Shown here in pieces: positions 36,036 to 45,628 of a stretch of 64,000 nt of DNA (position 1 is its first letter; each line of letters opens with the position of its first letter). The notes under the pieces were generated by a model. The model made no database searches. It saw nothing but the letters and a program-made list of their open reading frames with translations, and was not told the DNA's origin. This DNA comes from a virus. The stretch spans positions 1 to 64,000 of the IMG/VR virus record IMGVR_UViG_3300050821_017570. One strand, 5' to 3'. The position numbers were made by a program, and so were the translations under genes.

Positions 36036-38183
36036 TCATGAGAGTACGACTGACTTCCATGCACCGTTGTAGGCGTAGAGCTTGTTGTCCGTGGTGTCGT
36101 AGCAAAGCGCTACGGTGGCACCGTGCGTGGTTGGGGTCCCGGTTGGGGCGCCAGCGACCGATGGGATATAGAGGAAACCATCAGTCGCCGCGTTAGCCAG
36201 TACGGTATTACCGATGACAGCAGACGCGGTCGCAACCGCCAGTGTGCCGTCAACGTGTAGGATTCCGCCACCGGTCCAGATATCGGAATTATAGTTCGTA
36301 TTCAGGAACAGTGACGAGCCACCAGGTGCCTCGATATAGAGGGCGTTACCGGCCACATAAATGGATCCGGTGGTGCCGTTGTTGGGCGCAACCTTGTCAC
36401 TGAAATTTAGAATCGCACTACCCGCGCTCTGTAGGGAGAGCCACGCCGTACCGGTGGTGGCGGATGCGGTATCGGTGATATTGATCACCAAGCCCTGGAA
36501 GGCCACCGATGCGCTGTTCCAGATCTGGGTGATCGTCAGAGGAGGCGTGCTGGCCGTAACGGTCCCACCAGCCATCGTCGAGGCTCCGCTGGCCCCCACA
36601 TGGAGGACACCGTTGCAGAAATCAACATCCGCACCATACGGATTGAAATAGAACGGAAGATACGAGACCCCAACCTGCTGGGCCTGGAATGCTGCCGAAA
36701 CCCCTGCGGTGACGTCGAGGAAGATGCATGTCCCACCAGTGGTGACCCCGTTTCCGATATAGAGCGGGTTGCCGACATCGCTGTAGAGGAAGGCGTGGTT
36801 GGCAGCAATGAACTGAAGGTACCCACTGTTGATCTGGACGCTTCCACCGTTGAAGACGGTCCCACCGGGCTGTACCGAGAATGTGGATGACCCCCCAACC
36901 TGCACATCGAGAATCTTAGAGCCAGCCGCAGACGCAGTATTCGTTACGTCAATTATGACGGTTTCGAAATTGACCGACCCGTTGTTCCAGGTCTGGCTGA
37001 CACTAATCAACGGAGTGCTGGCAGTAACGGTCGCATTCGGGAACACAATTGGGCCGGCACCCAGTGGGCCCACAACCGTGCTGGCGTGCTGGTAGTAAAG
37101 CCCAGACGTCGTCATCCAGATGTCGCCATCGCTTGGCGTGCTGGGCGCGGTACCTTCAGCGATATTGAGCGCCGCAGCGGCTGCAGAGGCGGCTGGGAAA
37201 AGGGCTCGGTATCCGGTGCTGACAAAGTGCACATCACCGCCAGCCCCATTGAACGAGATCGGCAGGTAAGAGGTGCCTTCCTGCTGAGCCTGGAAGGTGA
37301 CGCTGACCCCGGGGTTAATTTGCAGCTCAAGATTGCTGTTACCGGAGCCAACCCCATTACCGAAGAAGAGATTGTTAGGCCCAACCGTGCTGACCAGGAT
37401 GTAAGCCCCACCGGTGAACTGGAGATACCTACCCGTCCCATTGAGGGTCAGGGCGGTACCATCGAACGTCAGTGCGCTAGAGCCCGTCAGAATGTCGGGC
37501 CCACTCCCGTAGGCGACCTGATTGGTTGCGGCGCTCCCACCGAGTCCGCCCATCAGGGGACCCACTACACCGCTACCGTAGTTGTAGAACAACCCTGCGG
37601 TGGTCATCCAGACGTCACCGTTGTTAGGAATCGACGGAGCAGTGCCGAACGGGATGTTGAGGCTCGCGGTGAGAGACGTCGACGCTGGAGTCAGCACCTG
37701 ACCAATCGTCTGCAGCGACCCCTGCACCACCGTATTGCCACTACCCGCGATGGTGACCTGTGTGGTTGATCCGGCGACAAAGTTGAGGGTGCCGCCGTTA
37801 CCGTAGAGGCTCCAACCCGGACTACGACCATCACGGTCATGAAGGCTGAGCGCGGTCATGCTGCCAGCCAACTGGAGGGCTCCCCCGTCCGTATACGTTA
37901 GGTTGCTGGTTCCGGTGATGGTGTCTGTAGAGACACCAAACGCCACCTGGTTCGCCGAAATCGACCCACCGATACTTCCGCCTCCACCCCCGCCACCAAC
38001 CTGACCCCACGATGCGGCCCCGACGCTATTATCGGCACACATGTAAATCGTGCCAGGCGTGGTACTTGTATTGACCCAAAGCGTACCCGGTAGGTAGCCT
38101 ACCGACAAATCATCCGAGACCGTCGGTGCAGACGGATGATAGAAAACCGTTGATTTAAGAGTGTTGAAGCCCCATCGCAGCAT
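36036..38183 (-). CDS. Tail fibre-like protein
   Basis: 715 aa; shared N-terminal APTVSDD..GTLWVN module, two APSxPxxGDxWMTT motifs, C-terminal GFLYIP module. Confidence 0.8.
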   Translation of the reverse strand: MLRWGFNTLKSTVFYHPSAPTVSDDLSVGYLPGTLWVNTSTTPGTIYMCADNSVGAASWGQVGGGGGGGSIGGSISANQVAFGVSTDTITGTSNLTYTDGGALQLAGSMTALSLHDRDGRSPGWSLYGNGGTLNFVAGSTTQVTIAGSGNTVVQGSLQTIGQVLTPASTSLTASLNIPFGTAPSIPNNGDVWMTTAGLFYNYGSGVVGPLMGGLGGSAATNQVAYGSGPDILTGSSALTFDGTALTLNGTGRYLQFTGGAYILVSTVGPNNLFFGNGVGSGNSNLELQINPGVSVTFQAQQEGTSYLPISFNGAGGDVHFVSTGYRALFPAASAAAAALNIAEGTAPSTPSDGDIWMTTSGLYYQHASTVVGPLGAGPIVFPNATVTASTPLISVSQTWNNGSVNFETVIIDVTNTASAAGSKILDVQVGGSSTFSVQPGGTVFNGGSVQINSGYLQFIAANHAFLYSDVGNPLYIGNGVTTGGTCIFLDVTAGVSAAFQAQQVGVSYLPFYFNPYGADVDFCNGVLHVGASGASTMAGGTVTASTPPLTITQIWNSASVAFQGLVINITDTASATTGTAWLSLQSAGSAILNFSDKVAPNNGTTGSIYVAGNALYIEAPGGSSLFLNTNYNSDIWTGGGILHVDGTLAVATASAVIGNTVLANAATDGFLYIPSVAGAPTGTPTTHGATVALCYDTTDNKLYAYNGAWKSVVLS

Positions 38184-38227
38184 ACCCTAATATTAGGCAG
38201 CCAGGTAGCGCAACAACCTCAAGTGCC

Positions 38228-38264
38228 AAAAAGGCTCAGGCTGCCCCATGAGAGCAGCCTGAGC
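38228..38264 (-). terminator. Rho-independent terminator
   Basis: 11-bp stem GCTCAGGCTGC/GCAGCCTGAGC followed by CTTTTT on the minus strand. Confidence 0.75.
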
Positions 38265-38313
38265 AGATTCCCATCCACCAACACTAATCTGTCCCTATCA
38301 ACGATTAGAGATC

Positions 38314-38526
38314 TTAGGACTCTTCGGACTGGCGCAACTCTTTTTTCCGTTTGTGGTCGACCCAACTCATCAGCAGGATCCACAGCAAGGGTAGGACGAC
38401 AAACGCCATCACATCGATTGCCAGCATTGGATCTAGGTGGTGCCTAGACGGGGATGTCTCCACCGATGGTTGTGGGAAAATCGGTTCATGAACCTGATTC
38501 AGTACCACCACAGGTGCGACATCCAT
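38314..38526 (-). CDS. Small membrane protein
   Basis: TM AIDVMAFVVLPLLWILLMSWV followed by a basic tail. Confidence 0.6.
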   Translation of the reverse strand: MDVAPVVVLNQVHEPIFPQPSVETSPSRHHLDPMLAIDVMAFVVLPLLWILLMSWVDHKRKKELRQSEES

Positions 38527-38534
38527 AAGGGTCC

Positions 38535-39254
38535 TTAGGTGAGGAGACGGGCTCCACATGAGACGCAGTACTTGGCCCCATCAATCCTCTTGGCACCGCA
38601 GGCGTGGCAATAGAGAGCCGGAGCCGTTGTACCGGTTTTGCTGGTGAGTCGGAAGTTAAACGTGACAGGAACCGACGAGACATCGCCATTCCAGTACACG
38701 TTCGTGAACTGTTGATTTGACGACGAGCCTTCGACGGTTTTCATCGGCTCAACCGGCATGGCAGCCTGAAGGTTGCCACAGAAATTGAGCTGCTGCGGCT
38801 CCGCACCGGCCGAGTACATACACCCAATGGTGTCACCAGGATACCAATAACCCTGACCCATTTGTGCGGTAAACGTGCGAAGGATTGGCGGGCTATAGAG
38901 TTGGATCTCTTCCCACACGTCCACACGGATCAGTCCGTTGGTTGGGCTGGTGGGGTCGCCGGTACCATCAGAGCTAGCCAGCACGGCTTTGAACCGTTTG
39001 TCGCTGTCCTGGAATCGCTCCAGATCGACTGAGCCGTACGAGGGGACAACCAGGCCACACATGACCTTGGTCCCATCGATCGTCACATCGACTCGCCGAC
39101 GCTCACACTTGAGATTACGGACACGGAGCATGTACTCAGTGTCATGGTCGATCGCTATACGAGCCGTATTGGTGATCTTGTCGTGGTCGAACTCTCGGAG
39201 GACTGAGCCACCCTTAGCCACCACCATAATAGATACAAAGCTGTCACGATGCAC
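38535..39254 (-). CDS. Hypothetical protein with C-terminal zinc ribbon
   Basis: C-terminal CHACG...YCVSCG; AAAGGAG upstream. Confidence 0.75.
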   Translation of the reverse strand: MHRDSFVSIMVVAKGGSVLREFDHDKITNTARIAIDHDTEYMLRVRNLKCERRRVDVTIDGTKVMCGLVVPSYGSVDLERFQDSDKRFKAVLASSDGTGDPTSPTNGLIRVDVWEEIQLYSPPILRTFTAQMGQGYWYPGDTIGCMYSAGAEPQQLNFCGNLQAAMPVEPMKTVEGSSSNQQFTNVYWNGDVSSVPVTFNFRLTSKTGTTAPALYCHACGAKRIDGAKYCVSCGARLLT

Positions 39255-39353
39255 GATAGGCTCCTTTATTTGTTAAGCTGACGGTCTAGGCAGCTGTGGG
39301 TTAAAGACCGTAGAACCTGTGCCCGTGCACCCTAATCGGATCAAATCAATATG

Positions 39354-39956
39354 TCAAGACGAAGGTAATGCAACCAATCTAGCATGCAGCTTTCGATGAC
39401 AGTTCTCACAGATACAGATACATTTTGCCAACTCGGCAATCACTTCTTCTACCGGCCTATGGTTCCAAACCATACGAGAAACCGAACTCTCTTTCTCAGT
39501 CGGATTCAGGTGATGGGCTACCAAGCAACATAGAGTTTTTTCATCACAGATCGCACAGCCATTGGCACGAAATGCATCAACAAGATCACGTAGTCTTTTA
39601 TGCCGTTCCTTTTGTCGAACTTGTCCAGCAGCACGTCTGCGACTTATAACAGCTGGATCGGTACACCTGAGTCGACTCAAGCCGTTATAGACGATAACAC
39701 AAGGTTTACAGAATCTGTGTAATCCGTCCTTGTAATTACTATGCGCATAAAATTCTGTCTTCGGCTTCTCTAATCCGCATCTCGAACAGATCTTTACACC
39801 GTCATAATCAGGTTTGTACTTTATAGCTGGCTTATGCGGATACCTCGATTTGCAGACTCGACAGTAATAACTTAGGCCATCTTTAGTAGCCTTGTCTTTA
39901 TTAAACGCCTCAAACGGTTTTTCTTGCCGGCATCTAGAGCAACACTTTGTACTCAT
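39354..39956 (-). mobile_element. HNH-type homing endonuclease with two N-terminal Cys4 repeats
   Basis: KCCSRC..KP..F...DGL..YCRVC twice; CAICDE...LVAHHLNPTEKE...ELAKCICICENCHRKLH; AT-richer. Confidence 0.8.
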
Positions 39957-39988
39957 GACACGAGTACTGTACGGTTCTTACTTCTAAA

Positions 39989-40492
39989 TCAATCCTTAGG
40001 CGGTCGCAACGACGCCGGCATCCGGGCTGGATGCGGAAGCGGCTGGGCGACACCCTTCAGGCCCACCAATCGGTTCTGCTCGGCCAGCAGTTGCTCGATA
40101 TAGACGGCTTCCCACAGATTCGCATGTTGAGTTTTCGGATACAAGGCTTCCCACTGAAAGAACCGCTTCGAATGGTCCGGCTCATTCTTTACCGGAAATT
40201 GGTCCTGGAACGTGTGACATAGTTCATGCCACAGGATGGCGTCCAACACCTCTTTGGGGACCCAATCGGCCGCTAACACGAGGCTGATATAGATGACCTG
40301 TTCATCGGACGCGTAGATACCGAAGACGATGTTTCGCTTACTGGCTCGCTTCGGATACATCCACACGCACACCGGCAGTACTTTTTGCCAGGGCGCATAT
40401 TTGTCCCGTAGCTTGCGAAGCCTCGCATTGAGATCGGGTGGACCGGATGGCTTACCCATACCGTCATGTTCAGGTATGGGTAAGCGGAACAA
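39989..40492 (-). CDS. SprT/YgjP-like zinc metalloprotease domain protein
   Basis: AILWHELCH...EPDHSKRF (HExxH plus a distal His). Confidence 0.7.
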   Translation of the reverse strand: MFRLPIPEHDGMGKPSGPPDLNARLRKLRDKYAPWQKVLPVCVWMYPKRASKRNIVFGIYASDEQVIYISLVLAADWVPKEVLDAILWHELCHTFQDQFPVKNEPDHSKRFFQWEALYPKTQHANLWEAVYIEQLLAEQNRLVGLKGVAQPLPHPARMPASLRPPKD

Positions 40493-40509
40493 CCAGGAGA
40501 GCTAGAAGG

Positions 40510-40698
40510 TCACGGCCAGACTAGTTCCAGCTTAGCGAAGCCTGTATCGAACTCCTTGACACCATGGTCGTTAAAGCGAATCACGATGCTACCATAGCCA
40601 GCGTAATCCTTCACCTCAATGACGATGCCGTGGCCGAACAGTGGGTGCGCCACCTCCTGGCCGGGCCGAAGCTCCAATATCTCCTCGGGCGACAGCAT
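40510..40698 (-). CDS. Stand-alone PcrA/UvrD C-terminal Tudor-like domain protein
   Basis: PGQEVAHPLFGHGIVIEV...IVIRFNDHGVKEF...FAKLE matches the HxxFGxGxV...F...G.K pattern. Confidence 0.7.
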   Translation of the reverse strand: MLSPEEILELRPGQEVAHPLFGHGIVIEVKDYAGYGSIVIRFNDHGVKEFDTGFAKLELVWP

Positions 40699-41162
40699 TA
40701 GTGGTTAGGAGGCAGCTGGGGTGGCGGATGGACCAAGAGCTGAAACGGTGTGGTGTTTTCGGCCTCAGGCTCGCCCTCACTATCATAGGCTTTCTGCACA
40801 ATCAGCCGGTAGTACTTTTTCGTTATCCGATGACCCGTCTGATCGATAATCGGCACGGCTATGTCGTAGGTACCCGAATGGGCAGTTTCGATCACGATGA
40901 TGTATTGGGTCGCGTGGGTACCATCATCTAGTTGATAAAAAGCACCCGGCTCAATCATTGCGACCCGAATGCCTGGCTGGGCCTCAGGCTCGATCGCCTT
41001 ATTGGGATCCGAACAGGTGGCAAACAAATCTGCATAGTCACCAGCCGTGCAGACCACGGTATGAACGTGCGCGGGATCCACTGGCGTATCGACAGCAACG
41101 CCTGGGGTGCTAGCGCCCCAGGCGAGACAGCCAATCAGCCAGACGAGCCAATACGCCTTCAC
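40698..41162 (-). CDS. Exported protein, paralogue of 41159..41584
   Basis: Signal peptide; IVIETAHSGTYDIAVPIIDQTG. Confidence 0.7.
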   Translation of the reverse strand: MKAYWLVWLIGCLAWGASTPGVAVDTPVDPAHVHTVVCTAGDYADLFATCSDPNKAIEPEAQPGIRVAMIEPGAFYQLDDGTHATQYIIVIETAHSGTYDIAVPIIDQTGHRITKKYYRLIVQKAYDSEGEPEAENTTPFQLLVHPPPQLPPNH

Positions 41163-41584
41163 GGCGTCACAGGAGCCGCTGGCTGAGGCAGTGAGGGCAG
41201 GGGGTCCGACGGATCTGGCGCCGTCACGTTGATCTTTCGAAGCTGCTGATACACAATCTTTCCAGTTGCGTCAGCAATGTCGAAATGGACATCATAGGAA
41301 CCGGCGATATCGCACTCGATGACCACACGATGCGTCTGTACGGTCACACCATCCGACAGCACGTCGGTACCAGTGTCCTCATCATCAACCACCTTCAGGC
41401 CAGCCGGAAGAGCTGGGGCGACAAGATGTTCGCTATCCAGGTAGATGAAGTGGATCTCACCCACCTGACCAACCTTGGGGGCGTCGACCTGAACGGTCGA
41501 ATGGGGGATGACCGGCGCGTCGGCCGCCACGAGAGACGAAGCCATCAGGAGTGACGCCATAAGCGTCATGAACGGGAATCGCAT
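41159..41584 (-). CDS. Exported protein, paralogue of 40698..41162
   Basis: Signal peptide ending LVAA; VVIECDIAGSYDVHFDIADATG. Confidence 0.7.
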   Translation of the reverse strand: MRFPFMTLMASLLMASSLVAADAPVIPHSTVQVDAPKVGQVGEIHFIYLDSEHLVAPALPAGLKVVDDEDTGTDVLSDGVTVQTHRVVIECDIAGSYDVHFDIADATGKIVYQQLRKINVTAPDPSDPLPSLPQPAAPVTP

Positions 41585-41601
41585 AGGTTGTCCTAGCCGG
41601 G

Positions 41602-42273
41602 TTAGTGGAGAGGAAGAAGAACGAAGTTACCAGCCCAGTGCTCGGTCAGACCGGTCACCGGATGCGTGATCGTGAGGCCACCAGACGAAACCACCAGATC
41701 GCCCACCGCTACGTGTTCAGTCTTGAGCGGACGGCCATCAGCGTCTTGGAAAATCACCGTAAACGCCACAACATCATGCTGCAGCGAATGCGGGGCACCA
41801 TGATGGTTGCGGTAGTAGTGATGGGCCCCATAGGCACCACCACCAAGCGCACACACCGACATGATGACCGATATGAGACCAGAAATCTTATGAATCTTCG
41901 ATGCACTCACGGCGGCTGCGTGGCTCGGGCTCGTGTTAGAGAACTCTGACGTCACCTGTCCCCAAAGAGCAAAAATATGAGCCAGCACCCAACGGACCGC
42001 CGGATGTATACACTGCTTTACCAGCAGGACCAATCGCGAGAGCGGGGCATAGCAGATTCGGACCAGCCGATGGATCGTCACTGACATCAGACCGGACACC
42101 AGACTCGTGAGCCGCTTCGATAGAGCAGGTTCATCCTTCAGGACAGCTTCGGCCTCCTGCCAATACTCAACCACCTTACCAGATGCGGCGGCCTTGAGGA
42201 TTGCGATGACATGCTTGGCATCCGTCACTAGGACGGTTAGCCAACCGTGGAGAAGAGCGAGAAGTTTCGTCAT
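41602..42273 (-). CDS. Membrane protein
   Basis: TM ISGLISVIMSVCALGGGAYGA. Confidence 0.65.
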   Translation of the reverse strand: MTKLLALLHGWLTVLVTDAKHVIAILKAAASGKVVEYWQEAEAVLKDEPALSKRLTSLVSGLMSVTIHRLVRICYAPLSRLVLLVKQCIHPAVRWVLAHIFALWGQVTSEFSNTSPSHAAAVSASKIHKISGLISVIMSVCALGGGAYGAHHYYRNHHGAPHSLQHDVVAFTVIFQDADGRPLKTEHVAVGDLVVSSGGLTITHPVTGLTEHWAGNFVLLPLH

Positions 42274-42281
42274 ACAATATC

Positions 42282-42569
42282 CTATCTACTAACTAATGGT
42301 TGCAGGCACCAACGACCACTCTTGAAGGTGGCCATCCGCTGGGTCCCAATGGGGATTTGGTGATCAGACTTCTGAATCCCAAGACAAAACACAGGCGTAT
42401 CGAGAATGGTCGGCTTTTCCATGATGCCGTTCCCATAGACGGAAGCCCTGTGTTTGGTACGCGTATCCCTGGTGTCGTCGTTAGCCGTGATGATACAGAT
42501 GGCGGTATAGCCTTCTGGGATCGCCGGTAACCGAACGCTACGTGGGTAAAACTTGGATCTCGCTAGCAT
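42282..42569 (-). CDS. Hypothetical protein
   Basis: 95-aa ORF, TAAGG upstream. Confidence 0.6.
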   Translation of the reverse strand: MLARSKFYPRSVRLPAIPEGYTAICIITANDDTRDTRTKHRASVYGNGIMEKPTILDTPVFCLGIQKSDHQIPIGTQRMATFKSGRWCLQPLVSR

Positions 42570-42608
42570 GGTTACCTTAGGCTCAAAACGTATCAGGAGG
42601 GTTTCGGC

Positions 42609-42836
42609 TTACAACGCTTTGTTGGCGTTGAGGGCTCCACGGGCACTCGTGAGGATAAACAGCAGATTAAGGACAACGAGGGGTAACGAGTGAATCGCTA
42701 GGCCAAACAAAACCCAGAATAAGTCACTAACGATCCAAACGATAAACCCGATACGGCGCCACTTAGCTAGCTTGGAACCAGCCGGCCAAGCCCCGAGCGC
42801 GCCTAGCGCCATACCGACCCAGTCGAACCAATGCAT
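42609..42836 (-). CDS. Small three-TM protein, PnuC/nicotinamide mononucleotide transporter-like
   Basis: DWVGMALGALGAW...GFIVWIVSDLFWV...LVVLNLLF. Confidence 0.5.
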   Translation of the reverse strand: MHWFDWVGMALGALGAWPAGSKLAKWRRIGFIVWIVSDLFWVLFGLAIHSLPLVVLNLLFILTSARGALNANKAL

Positions 42837-43885
42837 CAGGGGGCTTGGTAGAAAAAGAAGTCGAACCCAGGATTCGTCCCATTCGTGGGATAGAGGGTCG
42901 TCATGGTGGTGATGGGGCTGAGAGGAATATTGAGGGCACCGTAGTTGATCTGGATCGGAACGTAGGTGCCGGCGTTCGGGTACCCACCGCCAGTCGTGAT
43001 GTGAGCGGTGCCGATCGATGCGTTGATACCAAACCAGACCGCAAACTGTGACGGCAGATTGGACCGATTGAAACTGTAGCTGGTGGTTGGGTAGACGATA
43101 TTGAAGGTCGCCTGGGTCGTGATGATACCCTGATCGTGCGGCGCAGTCGTGTTATCGATCGTGGTGGTCTGACCGGACAACGTGATGACACCCGTATAGG
43201 GCGACGGCACTCCCGTGAGGGTTGATGGCGTTAGGGTCTGCAGGATCGACAGGGTGGGCGGCACCGTTAGGCCAGCCGAGAAGTCAGCCAGATAGAGGTT
43301 CGCATAGATGGCAAACTTGTATGGTACGAGACCCCAGGTTTGCGTGCTTGGCGTGACGCTAACCGTCGGGTCGATCGTGAACGCCTGCTGGGGTATCGTG
43401 ATGTACCACTGGTTACCACCAACGAGCGTACCAGGAGATACGACGGTTGTGATGGCCGCGTACTGGCGGATCCCCAGGTCATAACCAATCGGGTAGGGGC
43501 CAGACCCACCGGGAAAGGTCGGAACAGCGAAGCTCTCATCAAATAGGAACCCGAGATTAAAGTAATGCATGTTCGGGACCGCATCGCCAATCACGGGCCC
43601 AGACGTAATCGGAATGGTCTCACTACCGTTGCAGGTAGCGAGACTGGTCGAACCCGATCCCTCGGTGATGTAGCTGCTGTAGGCGCACGGGAACTCATTA
43701 TAGAGGACCAGTGGGTCCCCAACGTACATGGCGAACGGCGGTAGAAACGCCACATTGCCAACCACCATGTCACCGATATAGGTGAGCCGGTTGGCCTGCA
43801 GGGTTGGCGCCCCCGTTGTATCGACTGGATGCGAACCACTCGGGATGTCGACTGGCTCGCCCGTGTAGGTGCTGTACTGGGCCAC
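42836..43885 (-). CDS. Putative virion structural protein
   Basis: 349 aa; T/G/P/Y-rich, lysine-poor composition like tail proteins. Confidence 0.6.
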   Translation of the reverse strand: MAQYSTYTGEPVDIPSGSHPVDTTGAPTLQANRLTYIGDMVVGNVAFLPPFAMYVGDPLVLYNEFPCAYSSYITEGSGSTSLATCNGSETIPITSGPVIGDAVPNMHYFNLGFLFDESFAVPTFPGGSGPYPIGYDLGIRQYAAITTVVSPGTLVGGNQWYITIPQQAFTIDPTVSVTPSTQTWGLVPYKFAIYANLYLADFSAGLTVPPTLSILQTLTPSTLTGVPSPYTGVITLSGQTTTIDNTTAPHDQGIITTQATFNIVYPTTSYSFNRSNLPSQFAVWFGINASIGTAHITTGGGYPNAGTYVPIQINYGALNIPLSPITTMTTLYPTNGTNPGFDFFFYQAP

Positions 43886-43888
43886 CGG

Positions 43889-44743
43889 TTAGTTCCAGAC
43901 AGGGGACTGTACGTACCAAGCGCCAGCGATACGGGTGGCGATCGCCCACGTGCCGGTCGCTAAGGTGGAACTCCCTGAGATCTGAAGCTGTGTGACCGGT
44001 ACGCCAGTATCGGTGTACGGTTGGGTTGGGCCCAACGCGTAGAAATTCGCCGTATAGGAGGCACCTGGACCACCACCGGTGATTTCACAAAGACAGGTGT
44101 TGCTGCCCAGTGGACTCACCGACCATGCGTAGCTGTAACCCATCGGGAGGGCACCGGTAATCTGGCTGGCTGGCAACCGGGCGTTAATCAGCTGGAGCGC
44201 CCCTGGCATGGCGGCATCCATGGCAGGATTCAGGGCAAACACACCATCGAGATTCGTCGACAGGTATCCCATCTTGGACCGTGTCGAATGCCCCGTTTGG
44301 TCCACAAACTCCAGCTCCATATACTGGCCCGCATAGGCGGTCTGATAGGTTGTGGTACCAAAGTTGAGGTAATTGGTAACCGCCACGGCAGTGAATGTCG
44401 GTTCAATCACCGTGCTGTAGCAGGTCGTCGTTCCCGCATCAACCGACGCATCCTTACGAATCAGAACGAACGGTTGATTCGCACGTATGTACGAGATGGG
44501 GAGGGTTGGTGCCACCACGGTGCCGAACCAAAATAGGTTCGCCGCATACGCCGTACACGGTATGGCGTTCGGTAGCATCACCCTGACGGTCAGATTCGTT
44601 CCAGGCGGACCCGCCGGCGTATCAGAGTCATTGATCACGCAGGTTGCCAAGGCCTGGCGCTCCCCTGCGGGACTCGACATGTCGGTCGAGTCCTCAACAG
44701 TGGTCTGAATGACCCGCCCCCTAAATAACGCCGGATCCGACAC
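43889..44743 (-). CDS. Putative virion (baseplate/tail) structural protein
   Basis: 284 aa, beta-rich, coupled to 42836..43885. Confidence 0.55.
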   Translation of the reverse strand: MSDPALFRGRVIQTTVEDSTDMSSPAGERQALATCVINDSDTPAGPPGTNLTVRVMLPNAIPCTAYAANLFWFGTVVAPTLPISYIRANQPFVLIRKDASVDAGTTTCYSTVIEPTFTAVAVTNYLNFGTTTYQTAYAGQYMELEFVDQTGHSTRSKMGYLSTNLDGVFALNPAMDAAMPGALQLINARLPASQITGALPMGYSYAWSVSPLGSNTCLCEITGGGPGASYTANFYALGPTQPYTDTGVPVTQLQISGSSTLATGTWAIATRIAGAWYVQSPVWN

Positions 44744-45138
44744 TAGTAGCCTCTATCATCCGCTTCTGGCTTGAAGTTCGGGTTCCGCTCCAGCCTCAGC
44801 TGGTAGGCAATCTCACCGTCCAACAGGATGTTGTAGCCGGTAAGTCGGTACGGGATGCGTGAGCGCCCAAACGAGATCTCCTGCCCCTCAGCACAACGAG
44901 CGGTAATCATGCGAGCCTGATCAATCACCTGATCGATGCTGCTACCCCTCTGGACGGGTTGGAAGATCTTATGCTCATGCCCTTCCTGATCCACCACTAG
45001 GGCCACCATTTGCAATCGCGTGTCGGATGCCTGTCGCAGCACCTCATCGGAGCAGGTGTCCCAGTGGAATGGTTCCATCACCTTAACCCCCATGGTGGCC
45101 TCCGCGGCCAAGTATGAGTTTCGGTCGAATCGGGTCAA
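44743..45138 (-). CDS. Hypothetical protein
   Basis: 131-aa ORF in tiling. Confidence 0.65.
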   Translation of the reverse strand: MTRFDRNSYLAAEATMGVKVMEPFHWDTCSDEVLRQASDTRLQMVALVVDQEGHEHKIFQPVQRGSSIDQVIDQARMITARCAEGQEISFGRSRIPYRLTGYNILLDGEIAYQLRLERNPNFKPEADDRGY

Positions 45139-45157
45139 CCTCTACTGGTAAAGCCAA

Positions 45158-45532
45158 TCAGGTGGGATCAGCAGGCTGATCGGTTTGCGGGGCCGGCGCT
45201 TCTGCCGGAACTCGAACCACCCGCACGGTACCATCAGCCAGAGCGTCCTCCAGGTACATCTCCAGCAGCATCATCTGGGTCTCATGGGTCGCTACCTGAC
45301 GGCCATAGGGGGCCCAGATAGACGTCCAGTAGCCACGGATCATGAGACCCGCACACGCGTTGGCCATTCGAGCGCCAGCGAGATTGCCAACCCGCCTGCC
45401 CAGCAGGCCAGACACGACAAAACGTGTCACACGGATCGCCAGCTTACCGCAAAAGGGTAGCAGCTTGAGAAATCCAACCAGCGGCAGCGTGATCAGGACG
45501 AACCCAGCATAGTAGCGAAGCGATTTAAGCAT
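45158..45532 (-). CDS. Membrane-anchored hypothetical protein
   Basis: N-terminal hydrophobic helix; AAAGGG upstream. Confidence 0.65.
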   Translation of the reverse strand: MLKSLRYYAGFVLITLPLVGFLKLLPFCGKLAIRVTRFVVSGLLGRRVGNLAGARMANACAGLMIRGYWTSIWAPYGRQVATHETQMMLLEMYLEDALADGTVRVVRVPAEAPAPQTDQPADPT

Positions 45533-45567
45533 CGTGGTCCCCTTTCGGGATCATGGGATTGGATAGT

Positions 45568-45603
45568 AAAAAACAAGAGGGCAGGGGTTGAACCCCTGCC
45601 CTC
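45568..45603 (-). terminator. Rho-independent terminator
   Basis: 11-bp stem GAGGGCAGGGG/CCCCTGCCCTC, loop TTCAA, then TTGTTTTTT. Confidence 0.8.
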
Positions 45604-45628
45604 CACGCGAACCACTCTATCGGCCTAA

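Noticed and set aside
8606-38183. Repeated C-terminal fibre modules as diversity-generating retroelement TR/VR pairs
   Set aside because: Differences between copies are not adenine-specific and no reverse transcriptase is present in the window
11719-39956. HNH genes as group I intron-encoded ORFs
   Set aside because: Flanking genes are complete on both sides and there is little non-coding sequence for an intron core
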